Assembly (NCBI GenBank): GCA_964016885.1
Contig: OZ024745.1
Span: 26,598,001 to 26,662,000, forward strand
Source: Eledone cirrhosa
Taxonomy: Eukaryota
Direction of reading: 5' to 3'
DNA: 64,000 nucleotides
Shown: in pieces, positions 14,326-27,062 of the stretch
How the letters are laid out: each line of letters starts with the position of its first letter
Position numbering within the stretch: position 1 is the first letter of the stretch
Notes under the pieces: generated by a model
Seen by the model: the letters and a program-made list of their open reading frames with translations, nothing else
The model's database searches: none
What the model was told of the DNA's origin: nothing
Position numbers and translations under genes: made by a program

Positions 14326-14484
14326 CGAAGGAAATGTGGTAAGGAACCAGATGGACCATAACGCACCAAAGTACTCAATACTTAGGGTAGTAGAGTGGGT
14401 GATAGGAACGAGTAGGACGCCGATGGCTGACTGAGATCAAGCCGTTTCGAAGGCTAATTCTGGTAGGGGTCCTACTCGTTCCTA
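14325..14484 (-). mobile_element. 160-bp (TA)n-embedded insert with asymmetric inverted repeat (14402-14418 / 14468-14484)
   Basis: ataggaacgagtaggac ... gtcctactcgttcctat. Its terminus is shared with 2635-2686. Confidence 0.7.
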
Positions 14485-14522
14485 TATATATATATATGTA
14501 TATGTATATATATGTATATACA

Positions 14523-14741
<219 letters not shown>

Positions 14742-14799
14742 GTATATATATGTATATACGTATATATATGTATATACATATATATATATATATATATAC

Positions 14800-14868
<69 letters not shown>

Positions 14869-14877
14869 AATATATAC

Positions 14878-14935
<58 letters not shown>

Positions 14936-15518
14936 TGCTTATCTATTAGAAATTCTTTCAACAGCAGTGAATATTTCAAAGGGTTAACACAGAGGACACG
15001 AACAACTACAATGTCTGACATTTACACTCACACTCATATCACTCTTCAATGTCATTATCAAGTCATGCATTCACCATAAATTAATTACATACTAAGGAAT
15101 ATAGAAACTTCACATCAGCATTTTCTTGCTTTATTCTTCTTTCTTTCTGCCTTTTTTAAGGATTTCTTTACCCTTACATACATATGACAAGCCTTTTCAC
15201 ATCAGATACCATTCACTATTAACACATCATTTGTTTTGTTTTTATCTTTTTAAATAGTGTTTCCTATAACTATTTTTTTTTTTTTGTATTTATTGTCCGT
15301 TTATGTCTCACTATACCTCTGATCCTTCCACACTTCGTAGCTTCCTTTAACTCTGATAGAAATTGCGAACTCCTTTGATATTATCAAGCGATGAATAATA
15401 AATAATTTCTCATCTATGTTATTTACTGTTTCATAGAATTCAGCTGCATCTTATTTTTTTTCCGTGGTTGATTTACCCCTAGTGACAAATGTGGTTAACA
15501 TTAGCTTCCCTCAAACAG

Positions 15519-15553
<35 letters not shown>

Positions 15554-15665
15554 TATATATATGCACACGCACTTACCCCCCCCCCACACACGCGAACACA
15601 CACGCGAACACACTTATATATATATATCCATCCATCCATCCATACATACATACATACATACATAC

Positions 15666-16041
15666 ATGGTGGCTGCCAACTCGTTTTCGAGTACGGCCAC
15701 TACTTTATATCCATGTAGGAGAACCCCTACCGATGCGCTGAACGAGTGTGACTTTTTAGTCCAGCCAGCGACTTGAAAACTCTGGTACAAACACTATACT
15801 TGTGACAATCATTGACACATAGTGCTGGGCCCATGGTACCATGTGATGACAAGTGTAGAGAGATCTCCAGATATAAAGCAATGCCCGTGCCGTGAAGCTT
15901 TTATAGTGAGTAAAGGCACTGCACAAAGCCAGTCCCACTCTCTTAACCAAGATGATATTTACCAAAAAGAAGAACAAGTCAACATCATTGGATACCATCA
16001 GGGTTGCAGGTGTTATATCAGAGTTTTCCTTCTCCTAGAAT
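15666..16041 (-). mobile_element. Truncated second copy of the RTE-related element, flanked by (TACA)n
   Basis: Near-identical to 10854-11228. Confidence 0.75.
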
Positions 16042-16072
16042 ACATACATACATACATACATACATACATACA

Positions 16073-16104
<32 letters not shown>

Positions 16105-16172
16105 AATATATATATATATAAGTTTAATACAACTAAATTTCACTTTAAATGTTTTTATTGGTTATCGCCATT

Positions 16173-16257
16173 GGTTACGTGCGTTTCACAGATGATTGGC
16201 GCAAGATCTACATCTATATGATAGACCTGATCCCAGAGTCAATCTGTTCGTCAGACC
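16173..16257 (-). ncRNA. Hammerhead ribozyme with extended stem II in a ~145-bp insert between (TA)n tracts
   Basis: Minus strand ggt-CTGACGA-acaga[~50 nt]tctgt-GAAA-C-GCAC-G-TA-acc. The core is intact but stem I is short. Confidence 0.7.
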
Positions 16258-16263
16258 TGTTGA

Positions 16264-16326
<63 letters not shown>

Positions 16327-16331
<5 letters not shown>

Positions 16332-16772
16332 TATAAATATTTCGTATCTCCAAAGAAATACAGTTTTATGAAGCCGTAGCTATGCAAACACCGGGGGGCT
16401 AACGCCCTTACGAAATATACGTAGCTATGCTTGAAGCGAAATCCTATTTCTTTTTTATTATAAGTTGAGCCAACTTATGCAGCTTCATATGCAAATGAGA
16501 TTAATCACCTCATTTACACAGACGAGAAAAGTATATATTCTCAGCTGTCTTCTAGTCCAGCAGTCGCAAGCGGTGGGAGGGACCGTCCTGACGAAGGCCA
16601 GTTAAGCCTGAAATGCATAGACGGTTGTCCCCTTTGCTTCTGCTGGACATCACCAGAGGGCGTTAGCCCCACGGTGTTTGCATAGCTACGGCTTCCTAAA
16701 ACTGTATTTCTTTGGAGATACGAAATATTTATATATATTGTATAAAGCTATGCTTGAAGCGAAATCCTATTT

Positions 16773-16773
<1 letters not shown>
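16327..16773 (+). mobile_element. Retrozyme-like element: ~310-324-nt monomer with terminal direct repeat, plus an 82-bp inverted arm
   Basis: Direct repeat agctatgcttgaagcgaaatcctattt at 16423 and 16747. Inverted repeat 16327-16408 / 16657-16738. Central HHR and no ORF. Confidence 0.8.
16582..16625 (+). ncRNA. Minimal type-I hammerhead ribozyme
   Basis: accgtc-CTGACGA-aggc-cagttaa-gcct-GAAA-TGCA-TA-gacggt. Perfect 6-bp stem I, 4-bp stem II, 1-bp stem III with palindromic tetraloop. Outer pairing tccagcag/ctgctgga. Confidence 0.92.
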
Positions 16774-16838
<65 letters not shown>

Positions 16839-17373
16839 GTGTGTGTGTGTGTGGATGATACATCTACTAGTGTCTGGCATTTTCACACAGCTACTGAGAG
16901 AGTTGTGAAATGATCACCGCTTTAAACATTCATAGTGAGACTTGTATATTTCCTTTAGTATATACCTTCACATAGAAATATTTTATGAATCGAGCTATGT
17001 TAGTGCTACTGCTTATATATATATATATATATATATCAAAGGTATATATTGAGTTAGAAACTCAAAATAGTCTCTTACAATAAAATAGCTCAAGGAAAGA
17101 GATTTTTCCGAGCCGTATAATATAATTGAATATAAAAGAGAGATAAACACAGATATATACATACATGTGTTCAAATTGTAAGGGAACATTTTCTCTATAA
17201 CCTACAAAAAAAAAAAGTGAAAATAAAAAAGATAGAAAAATGAACAAGTTTTTCAGCTTGGCGTTTTCGTTGAATTTTAATGTTAGTGGACGCAATTCAA
17301 ACTTAACGCGGCAGTTGTCTGTGTACATCATAAAATATACTTGGCTCAAAAATGAATACGAGCTTATTGATTT

Positions 17374-17420
<47 letters not shown>

Positions 17421-17975
17421 CTCCAATAGTAAATCAAAGTGGAAATATTAGCTGTAAATTTCTACAATAGTATAGCGGAGATGATAAATACAAAACAGTT
17501 GTTATTCTACTGACAATTATTTCTTCACTTTAAGGAGGAAATAGCCCGTAACAATTCAATTAACCTACCACAGTTTGACAAGATCTATTCTACCGATAAC
17601 TATAATCTCACGCAGTGTATATTTTTGTTGTTATTGTTTCTCTATATAATCACTGTTTGTGCTAAGACAGGTTGTTTAGATGATACAATAGTAAACTTTT
17701 CAAGCTTTAGAAAAAGATTAACTTAAGTGATTTATGAAAGACCATATTGCAATTATCACCACTTCGAAATTTCTAAATGAAAAACTAACAATTCTTTGCT
17801 AAAACCACTAAACACAATTTTGGTACCAAATCTCCTTTTGTTGTTGTTAGTTGTTCTGTTTGTTTTTCTATCTCCATACAATGTTCCCACGGACATGTTC
17901 CAAAGATCTATATTAGAAGACAAACAATGTATATTGATGTGTGGCTATCTTGTGAAGATTAATGTCCTAGTGAGA

Positions 17976-18046
<71 letters not shown>

Positions 18047-18591
18047 CTTTCTCTCTTTCTTTTAGTTCTTTTCCTCTATTTCTCTGTTAATTTGCCTTAC
18101 TTACTCGCTCTCTCGCCTCATCTCCCTATCTTCTATTTGGTATACATTTCCCTTTCGGATTATATTCTATGCCGAGTCAACCTATGTCGTCTCCACTTAT
18201 TTGTCTTTATAATGATATCACAGTCTCATCATTTGTTCCTGTCTTACGTTTTCTAGTTTTCCTTTCTCACGTCCTTTGCTTGTTTATTTAATATTTTACT
18301 TTCTCTCTACATAGTTGGCTATATAGATTAGTTTTATTTCTTAACTATCTATATTTACTATCTGTCCACCTATCAATCTTTCCTTGTTTCTTCCTCTCTC
18401 TATATCTCTCAATCAGTCTGTCTTTCCCGACAACTCATCTTTTTCTCCCGCTAACTTTCTAATGTATCTTTTCACTCCTCTTTTTATCTGTGATTGAACA
18501 GTCGTGTGATCAATATGTTCCAGAAATGACCATCCCGCCTTTTTTCGTTTTCTGTCTCAGTCATAATGCATCTATGACTGCATTACTCAAT

Positions 18592-18783
18592 GGCGGTGGA
18601 TTGGCAGTATCGGTAGAGGGTCGGACGCCATGCTTTGACGCATAGAGTTACGGCCCTTCCCATTCTGAGTTCAAATCCAGCCGAGGTTAACTTTGCCTCT
18701 CATCCTTACGGGGTTGATAAAATAAAGTACCAGTAATGCACTGGGTAATTGCTGGCCTTGTGCCAAAAGTAGAAACAATTATT
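18592..18783 (+). mobile_element. tRNA-derived CORE-type SINE
   Basis: Full-length match to the family at 6983. Confidence 0.9.
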
Positions 18784-19334
18784 GAATGTACCCTTCTTTT
18801 TAAGACTATAAGATGTAATTTGTAGTGTGTCTGTTCATTAATGCTATTAGGTCATGCAATCATATAAAGGCCCCACAATAGACAAATTGTGTGGGCATAT
18901 CTCGTTCACCCTCCCCTGCTATCAAGTTTATGATTATAGGCATTCTAGCATAATCAGCCGACGCATTTGTTTTAGGCCTAGTCTATTTCAGTTTCGTTCG
19001 ACTGTTGTAGCAGACGGACACTATCCTCTTCAATAAAGACATCGACGTATCCTCGGATTGAGAAGGTGATATCATTGATGTAGCAGTATGGATTCCATTA
19101 AAGACACCCGAAAGTAATTCGGTAGTGTTACACTAGGCAATGGATTACTTCTAGAAACCTAACAGACAATTGGTCTTCAGCTGTAACATTAATCCAATCA
19201 GCCACAGAAGTCCTACAGAGGTCAAGGTCATTGACACTGATCTCGACAAAATTAAACTAGGTAGGCAGGTAACATTAATGTTACAGCCATTCAGAGCACC
19301 ACATCTCCAAGTCAGGTTTAATTTTTATATTTTA

Positions 19335-19486
19335 GTTGAGTGAAGCTGTCAACCTATTTGCTCAAGCATTTGCAGACTAAATGTGTGGGAAATTTAACGA
19401 ACTCTTCGTATTAAAAAGAGTTCGTTAAATTTCCCACACATTTAGTCTGCAAATGCTTGAGAAATGGTTGACAGCCTTCACTCAAC
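19335..19486. repeat. ~150-bp palindrome with 46-bp perfect inner arms and an 8-nt loop
   Basis: ctcaagcatttgcagactaaatgtgtgggaaatttaacgaactctt-cgtattaa-reverse complement. Confidence 0.95.
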
Positions 19487-19761
19487 AGCAACCGATTATT
19501 GTTTCTTTTGACAAAGAACAGAGTATTCCAGACAGAAAAAAACAATGTCTTAGATTTTACATATTCATATTTTTTGACGTGAAAGAGTAATTATTTCTAG
19601 CTTAAAAGTGAAGAAAGAGTACATGAAATATTTGAAAAGGTACTTATATTGTGCCATATGGTTTTGACACATTGGTTTATAAATTTTGCTTCCTAGAATA
19701 AACTTGGCAACAAAAGTATATACATATATACATATGTACCTACCTACATACATATATACAT

Positions 19762-19806
<45 letters not shown>

Positions 19807-19965
19807 CACACACAAACATACACACACATATACACATATATACTTATATATGTATATATATATATTTATATATTTATATATATATATATAAGAATCTCAG
19901 AATCTCTCACTATCTTTCTATCTTTCTCTCTCTCCCTCTCTTTATATATACATATATATATACAT

Positions 19966-20095
<130 letters not shown>

Positions 20096-20379
20096 GTACA
20101 TACCTACACATACATAAATGCATACACACATGCACACAAACATACATATATGTATATAATACATTATCTATGTTTATAAATGACGAATGTTCATTTTAGT
20201 TGTTATTCTCTTCAGACAGTTTTTCCTATCCACACATGAGCTTATATTCCAATGGCAAGCCTGACACTTTATACAAATATTTGAGAAAACACAATGTTTC
20301 CAAATCCTTGTCAACAAGATATGTCAAGAGTTGAGGGGGTCATCGTTTAAAATCCAACGCTTCAATTAAAGGACTTAGT

Positions 20380-22345
20380 GAATGATTAACGCAATAGTAA
20401 AATATTCCTCTCTGTCTTTAACCTTAGAATAGTAGCCCAAGAAGAAGACAGCCTCTCTATGGCTCTGACAATAATGTCTGGGACTTTAGCAAGTTGGAGG
20501 GCCTCTATCATCCAAGAGTGGGGAACAGAATCGAAAGCTTTCCTGTAGTCCAGCCAGACTGCAGCCATATTCCTCCTAAGTTGTCGCACCTCCGACATCG
20601 CAGTTTTGTTGATTAGGAGTTGTTCAGCACATCAACAAACCCCTTTCTTTCCAGCTGCTTGTTCATGTGTGATGATGTTATTATTTTCACAGTGATCTTG
20701 GAGGAATAGATTCAGGCAAGCTGTATACATCTTATACATCAGTTTCTGGCATGCAATGGTTCGGTAGTTTTTTTGCCAAGTGGGTGTCTTTGTTCTTGGG
20801 GACCAGTAATGTTGTGCTAATGTCAACCATTCTGGTATAAGTGTATCTCCCTTAAGAACTTATTGGTAGAGGTCAGTAAGATACCTCCGATAGATTATCA
20901 GTTTTTTGTACCAGTAGCCGACATCATGTCTCTTCCTGGTGTTTTCTTATCATGGAGTTTTCCTATCACAGTCTCAACGGTACCCTCACTTATTTCGTAT
21001 GTTTTTGTTGTAGTATAGGAACAATAGTTCTTTCGGATTTCTCTTAGCCACAATGCATCTTGGTTGAAATTCTTCTTTTCACCCCATATTTTGCTCCAAA
21101 AGGAATCTATGTCTTTCTGGGATGGGGCCTCAGTGACACTTATTATTTTTTTCTTCATATCTCTAAAGACTGATGTTTGGTTTCGTTTAAATCTTTTATT
21201 AAGCACTTTTCTCTCATCTACCTTCTTCAGGTATCGGCGTTTTTCGCTAACAGCTCTCAATTCTTGTTTGAGGGTGATCAGCTTATATTGGAGAGTTCTG
21301 GTTCTACTGTTACCAAACATCGTCTGTATTTTATTTTTCACTCTTTGTTGGTGAGGAGTGAGGTTTTTTGTGTGTTTGTTTGCTTGTAAGGAGCATTGTC
21401 ACATATCCTATGGTTTTTTGTAGGTCAGCAATCTTTTTTTCTATTTTAGTTATATATGATGGTATTTTTGGTGGTGTTCTGTTCTTGTTAATATCTCTGC
21501 TATCACCTAGATAATGCTTCACTTCGTTGCTAAGGCATATACACAGGCGTTGATTTGCCAAAATGTTGGGGTTTTTATCCGTCATAAATATTCATCCCCT
21601 ATTTCGTCAATAACACGTAATATTTCATTATTTGGGGTTTATTTTTTTATTAAACATTGTCGTTTTAATACCTTCAGCAAGAGAGATATTTATACATGAA
21701 TTAATTTCTCTCTGGAAGATTTCTTTGAGGGAAATTTTCAATTGTTTATACTTTTGATTATTATTATTATCGATAGTATTTTCCATAACAGTCGAGGTGG
21801 ACTCGGATGGTACACGTGGTGTCAAATTTCTTCGATTATTATTATTATTTCTTCGATTATCATTATTATCGATAGTGTTTTCCCCAGCATTCGAGGTAGA
21901 CTTAGATGGTACAGCTGGTGTCAAGTTTCTTACAGGTATAGTTGTTTCAAGGTGCTGTTCGACCTGGCTGCTAGGAAGTCTAGTAGCATGGCGACCTGTA
22001 GCACGTGTTGTTGATCTCATGTTTGTTGTGGGGGACTTACAATTAATACTATTTATCTTAATTTTACGTTCAACAAACGTCGCTTGTTGGCGTAATTGTT
22101 TCGCTGTGAAATAATTTAGCTCTGGGTGCATTTCGTATAGCCAATGGAGGGATTGTTTTTTGCCATTTTATAAAAATTAAATAAATCATTATTAAGTGCG
22201 CAACTCCAAGAGAAATGCGATTTATAATTTCGGTTTCTTCTGTAGCTACAACTAAACAAAGTTTGTTTACCTTTCTTGTTGTTTGTCTTCGATACTTCCT
22301 TAATTTTGTTGTTGATGTTGTGTTCAGCTTTGCTGCTTGTAGCAA
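20380..22345 (-). mobile_element. Decayed R4/Dong-like non-LTR retrotransposon: N-terminal region plus RT up to motif A, 3' half missing
   Basis: Collinear frameshifted pieces: HPELNYFTAKQLRQQ, FWSKIW..N..ALWL, KTPGRD, NYRTIACQKLMYK, EQAAGKKG, WLDYRKAFDSVPHSW. Confidence 0.75.
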
Positions 22346-23589
22346 ATCCTTGTAAAATGAATTATGTATTTAGTCGGAAATCTCTACGAATTCGAATAAA
22401 AGGTGTCTTCAGAAGATATAGTTAGAAGAATAACCAGTTATTCAACATGACTGTAGTTGTGGCATTACTGTCGGAGATAGTATTCATTTTAAATTTAATA
22501 AATAGTCTCCCACACCAAAATATGCGACTTATCGTGTTGACTGTATAGTATGTATGTATAGTATGTATGTATGTATGTATGGATGTATGTATGTATGTAT
22601 GTATGTATGTATGTATGTATGTATGTATGTATGTATGTTTGTATGTATATATGTATGTATGTATGTATATATTTGTGTATATATGTATGTATGTGCATAT
22701 GTATGTATTTATGTATGTATGTATATATGTGTATGTGTATGTATATATGTATGTATGCATGTATGCATGTATGGCCTCTGTCTAATGACTGAAACCATTA
22801 AATACATAAATAAGATGTCTGTGTGTTTGTGTGTGTCTAAAAATATATATACGTACGTAATATGCCTACATGCACACCACGAGACCCAAAAAAATTGACG
22901 AGACTCTACGACGGCAGTGGATGCATGTCTTAGCTGTAAACCAAACGATCGTATTACCAGTTGCACCTATGCGTCTCTAATGAGTTAATCTATTAAAATA
23001 GCACTTATAAACGTGATCAGTTAGCAGTGTTATACTCTACACGTTCTAAAAAAGGATGGTAAGTAGTTTCGTCACCACTTGACCCTTAATGCTGTCTAAC
23101 CCAGTGCAATATCACACGGAAATACCTCGTTGTGACTCAGGCAAACAGTGTAATATAAAGAGTAAATAGCTATAAAGTAAATGGTTCTAATTTATGCCTT
23201 AATATTATGTTTGCAAATTCGACATGAGATAGAAAATCTTAACAGATCCGCATATGAAAATCAAACCCAGAATATGTAGCATATCGGACAACCACGTTAC
23301 CGATTGCACCAAAGCATCTCTCGTCGAGTTAATCTATATGATTGTCAATTAGAAACCATAATTTGATGATTTACTTACACCTAAACGAGTATATATATAT
23401 ATATATATGGTGGACTGGGGTTTGATATGATTTCCCTTTTTAGAGAGTTAATATGCAGGGGGAGGTAATTCACGCTGGATGATATTTAATTTATTTAAGA
23501 AAAAGGATTAGGTAGGGTGTTAGGGAGGTGACTCTTTAGAGAGACATAGGTATTTGTAAATGTTTAATTGTTCGTTCCAGTTTTAGTTT

Positions 23590-24716
23590 AGTCCGAAGCT
23601 TAGTGCATTAAGTAGAGGATGGAATTTGTTAATGAAATACGTTTCCTTATTGGTACGATGGATGAAAATAGCGTTGTCTATGAATTTGTAAATGGGAAAA
23701 TTCTAAAGTTTGGATGTTGGTTAGGTGCACAATTGACGATATGTTCACTAAATGCAATCTTTCTGTGTTCCTGTATTTTGATTAGGTTGTCTTTTGCTCT
23801 TTATGATGTTGTGTATTTGGAGGATTTTGTTCATTCTTGGGTCTCTTTTTAGTAAAGGAATGTTCTGGAGGATGGTGTCGAATGCCTCATTGTTGAGGGG
23901 GTTGTGTGTGGAGGTGTATGGTAGAGTTTTCTGTTGCGGTTCATTCCTGGGTTTGGGGTGTCTGAATTCCTGGATGTCGAGTTTTAGGGCACGTTGGAAT
24001 CCATTGTTGATTAGGGATGGTGGGTAGTTTCTGCTAATAAGTGTGTTTTTTAATTCTTCTAGTCGTGTGTAGCACGTGTATTTATCTGAAACTATTGTGC
24101 AGATCCTTCTGGCTAGGTTATAAGGAATTGCCATTTTGGTGTGTCTAGGGTGCCAGGAGTTGAATGGGAGGTATTGTTTGGAGTCTGTGGGTTTGTAGTA
24201 TATGTCTGTTTCTATTTTGTTGTTTGTTTTCTTGATGAGGATGTCGAGGAAAGGGAGTTGTTCATGGCTGTAATCCATTTTGAATTTTAAGTTTGTGTTG
24301 AGTTCATTCAGAAGGGTTTTAAACTCAATCAGTCTATTTATACTTTTATGCCAGAGGATGAAGCAGTCGTCCAGATATCTCTTCCAGTTCTTTTTTATGT
24401 GTTGGTAGATGTGGTTGCCGTATTTGTCTAGAACTTTGCGGTAGAGAGTGGTTTCCAAATATCCCATGACAAGGTTGGCGTATGAAGGGGCTACTTTCGT
24501 GCCCATGGCAGTCCCAGATTTCTGTCTGTAGTATTTGGCATTGAATTCGAAGAAATTGTTTTCCAAGATGAATTTGAGTCCCTCCAACACAAATTCTTTA
24601 GGGATGCGCTGTGGGAGTTCACTAGAGAAATTTTCAAACCAGTATTGTATTGCCTCTATACCCAGGTTGTGTGGGATATTGGAATATAAATTGATGACAT
24701 CAAAGGTTACTAGTAG

Positions 24717-24719
<3 letters not shown>
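23590..24719 (-). mobile_element. 5'-truncated Penelope-like element related to the 62.2-64 kb copy, with internal deletion of the GIY-YIG core
   Basis: LVTFDVINLY, SGTAMGTKVAPSYANLVMG, RYLDDCF and PFLD align with the 62202 ORF. After KSKRQ it jumps out of frame to IKIQEHRKIAFSEH..KETYFINK. Confidence 0.92.
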
Positions 24720-24755
<36 letters not shown>

Positions 24756-24761
<6 letters not shown>

Positions 24762-24913
24762 AAAAAAAGATGAAATCGAAAATGCCACTGGAGTCTTATT
24801 TTTAAAAAAATATAATTTTTTTTTTAAAATAAGACTCCAGTGGCATTTTCGATTTCATCTTTTTTCTTTATACTTTCACTCGTGTAGGACACCTCGGTTA
24901 TTTTTCACTTTCA

Positions 24914-24918
<5 letters not shown>
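24756..24918 (+). mobile_element. (TA)n-embedded palindromic insert (24756-24872) with a 46-bp right extension
   Basis: taaagaaaaaaagatgaaatcgaaaatgccactggagtcttatttt ... aaaataagactccagtggcattttcgatttcatcttttttctttata. Confidence 0.8.
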
Positions 24919-24981
<63 letters not shown>

Positions 24982-25152
24982 GGGGGGGGAGAAAGAGAGA
25001 TAGAGTGAGAGAGATAGAGAAATAGAGGGAAAGAGAGAGGGGGGAGTCTGCGGTGCTGCGACCGAGGAAACCACAAATCATGGGAATATTCAATACATAG
25101 AGATATGTAAAATCACTTCTCAAGTCTTGCTGAACACACAAGCCGAAACCGC

Positions 25153-25294
<142 letters not shown>

Positions 25295-26195
25295 TCACAC
25301 ACATATATATATATATATATACATTTGAAAGGCAGGAAGTCATATAAAATTATTCCCTTAGCTCACATCATATATATTATTAAAAGAATACTGTGAGTTC
25401 CACAGCTCTAATATCCATATGTGTGTGACTGCGAGGTATGTTTTGCGTTAATATGTTTGTGTGTGTGTTGTGGTAATCTCTATATGTATGATAGCTTGTC
25501 TGTATATGTTCGAGATTTTTTATGTTATTATTTATAGTATTTATATAAGATACAATTAATCCTGAAATAACCACTTAAGCTACTATGAAATAAGAGAATG
25601 TAAAATAAAATACAAATACACCTAAAAGCAACAATATTTTCTAAAAGAAAACAACTCCACTCTAGCCATCTTTATCTACCGACAAACAGATTAACTGCCC
25701 GACATGTTGACCTAGTGCCAAAGCAGACGGGCGGACTGACAGTCAAACAGACATAGCACCGTATCTGCTTGACCTGTTCTCACGAAAAAGCCAACCACGC
25801 GTTAAACCTACGCCGTAAGAATCACACAAGTTTTTATTCCCCAAACGAAGGGATAGGGTAAATAAACGGGCGTGCGAGATTATATTTTCGTTTATTACTT
25901 TTTTTTCTATCACGATGTTATACTGACTGTGTAATCAGTGCCGGATTAACCTAGTAGTACTTGCTATGGGCCCCATATGTTTAGGGTACCCGTGCTAAGT
26001 GATATATACTAGAGTTTTATGGTGTGTTTAACCGTTGTGTCATATTTTGTTTTAAATTTAAGGTCCCTTTATAGAATATACTACAAGCCCAGTACTAAAT
26101 TATTTTTAGGGCAAAGTATGTGTTATATGTTAGTCAGATCCACATTGAAAGGGAACTCTACCCACACATATACACACACACACATATACACATAC

Positions 26196-26299
<104 letters not shown>

Positions 26300-26985
26300 T
26301 GTGTGTGAGTGTGTATACATACATACAAACATACATATTTCATATTTGTACCTGGGATCATTGGGGCTCTATGATATGTTACTAAATGCCTTAGAAGAAA
26401 TCTTGTGAAGGTGGACTTCACAGAACCAAGGCACCACTAGTTAAGAAGCTGCATACACTGTCCATTAATGGAAATGTAAAAATATGTGAAACATTTCAGA
26501 AATTCAGCATACAATAACTGCATATATCCATGTATAGAAACAGAAACATAACTTTATAACTTTGATAGGTTTTGGCCAGTATTGGCCCAGGCCATGTCTA
26601 ACTTCACGTGTACACATATAATTCAAAACATTCAGATCCACACATTCAATAACATCCATACCTGCATACACTCGCACAAACACATACAGAGAAACATGCG
26701 TATATTCCTAGTTGATTTTGTCAAAATTCTAATGAAAGGGTCTTATTTCTATGTTAAACATCGACCTTCTCTCTATGTTCTTCTGAAACCAGAAGAACAT
26801 ACATACACACCGTTGACCAATGTTTTTCCAACTTTTCCCCTCACCCGTTCCATCTACCATATCTATTTCCACCATCTGTCAGCTCTTTTTTCTTCTCCCG
26901 TATGTAACTCTCTATCATTTACCTCACAATCCTTCTTCTCTCTTCTTTCATCCCCCTCTTCTGTTTCTCATTCCCTCTCTTACTC

Positions 26986-27062
<77 letters not shown>

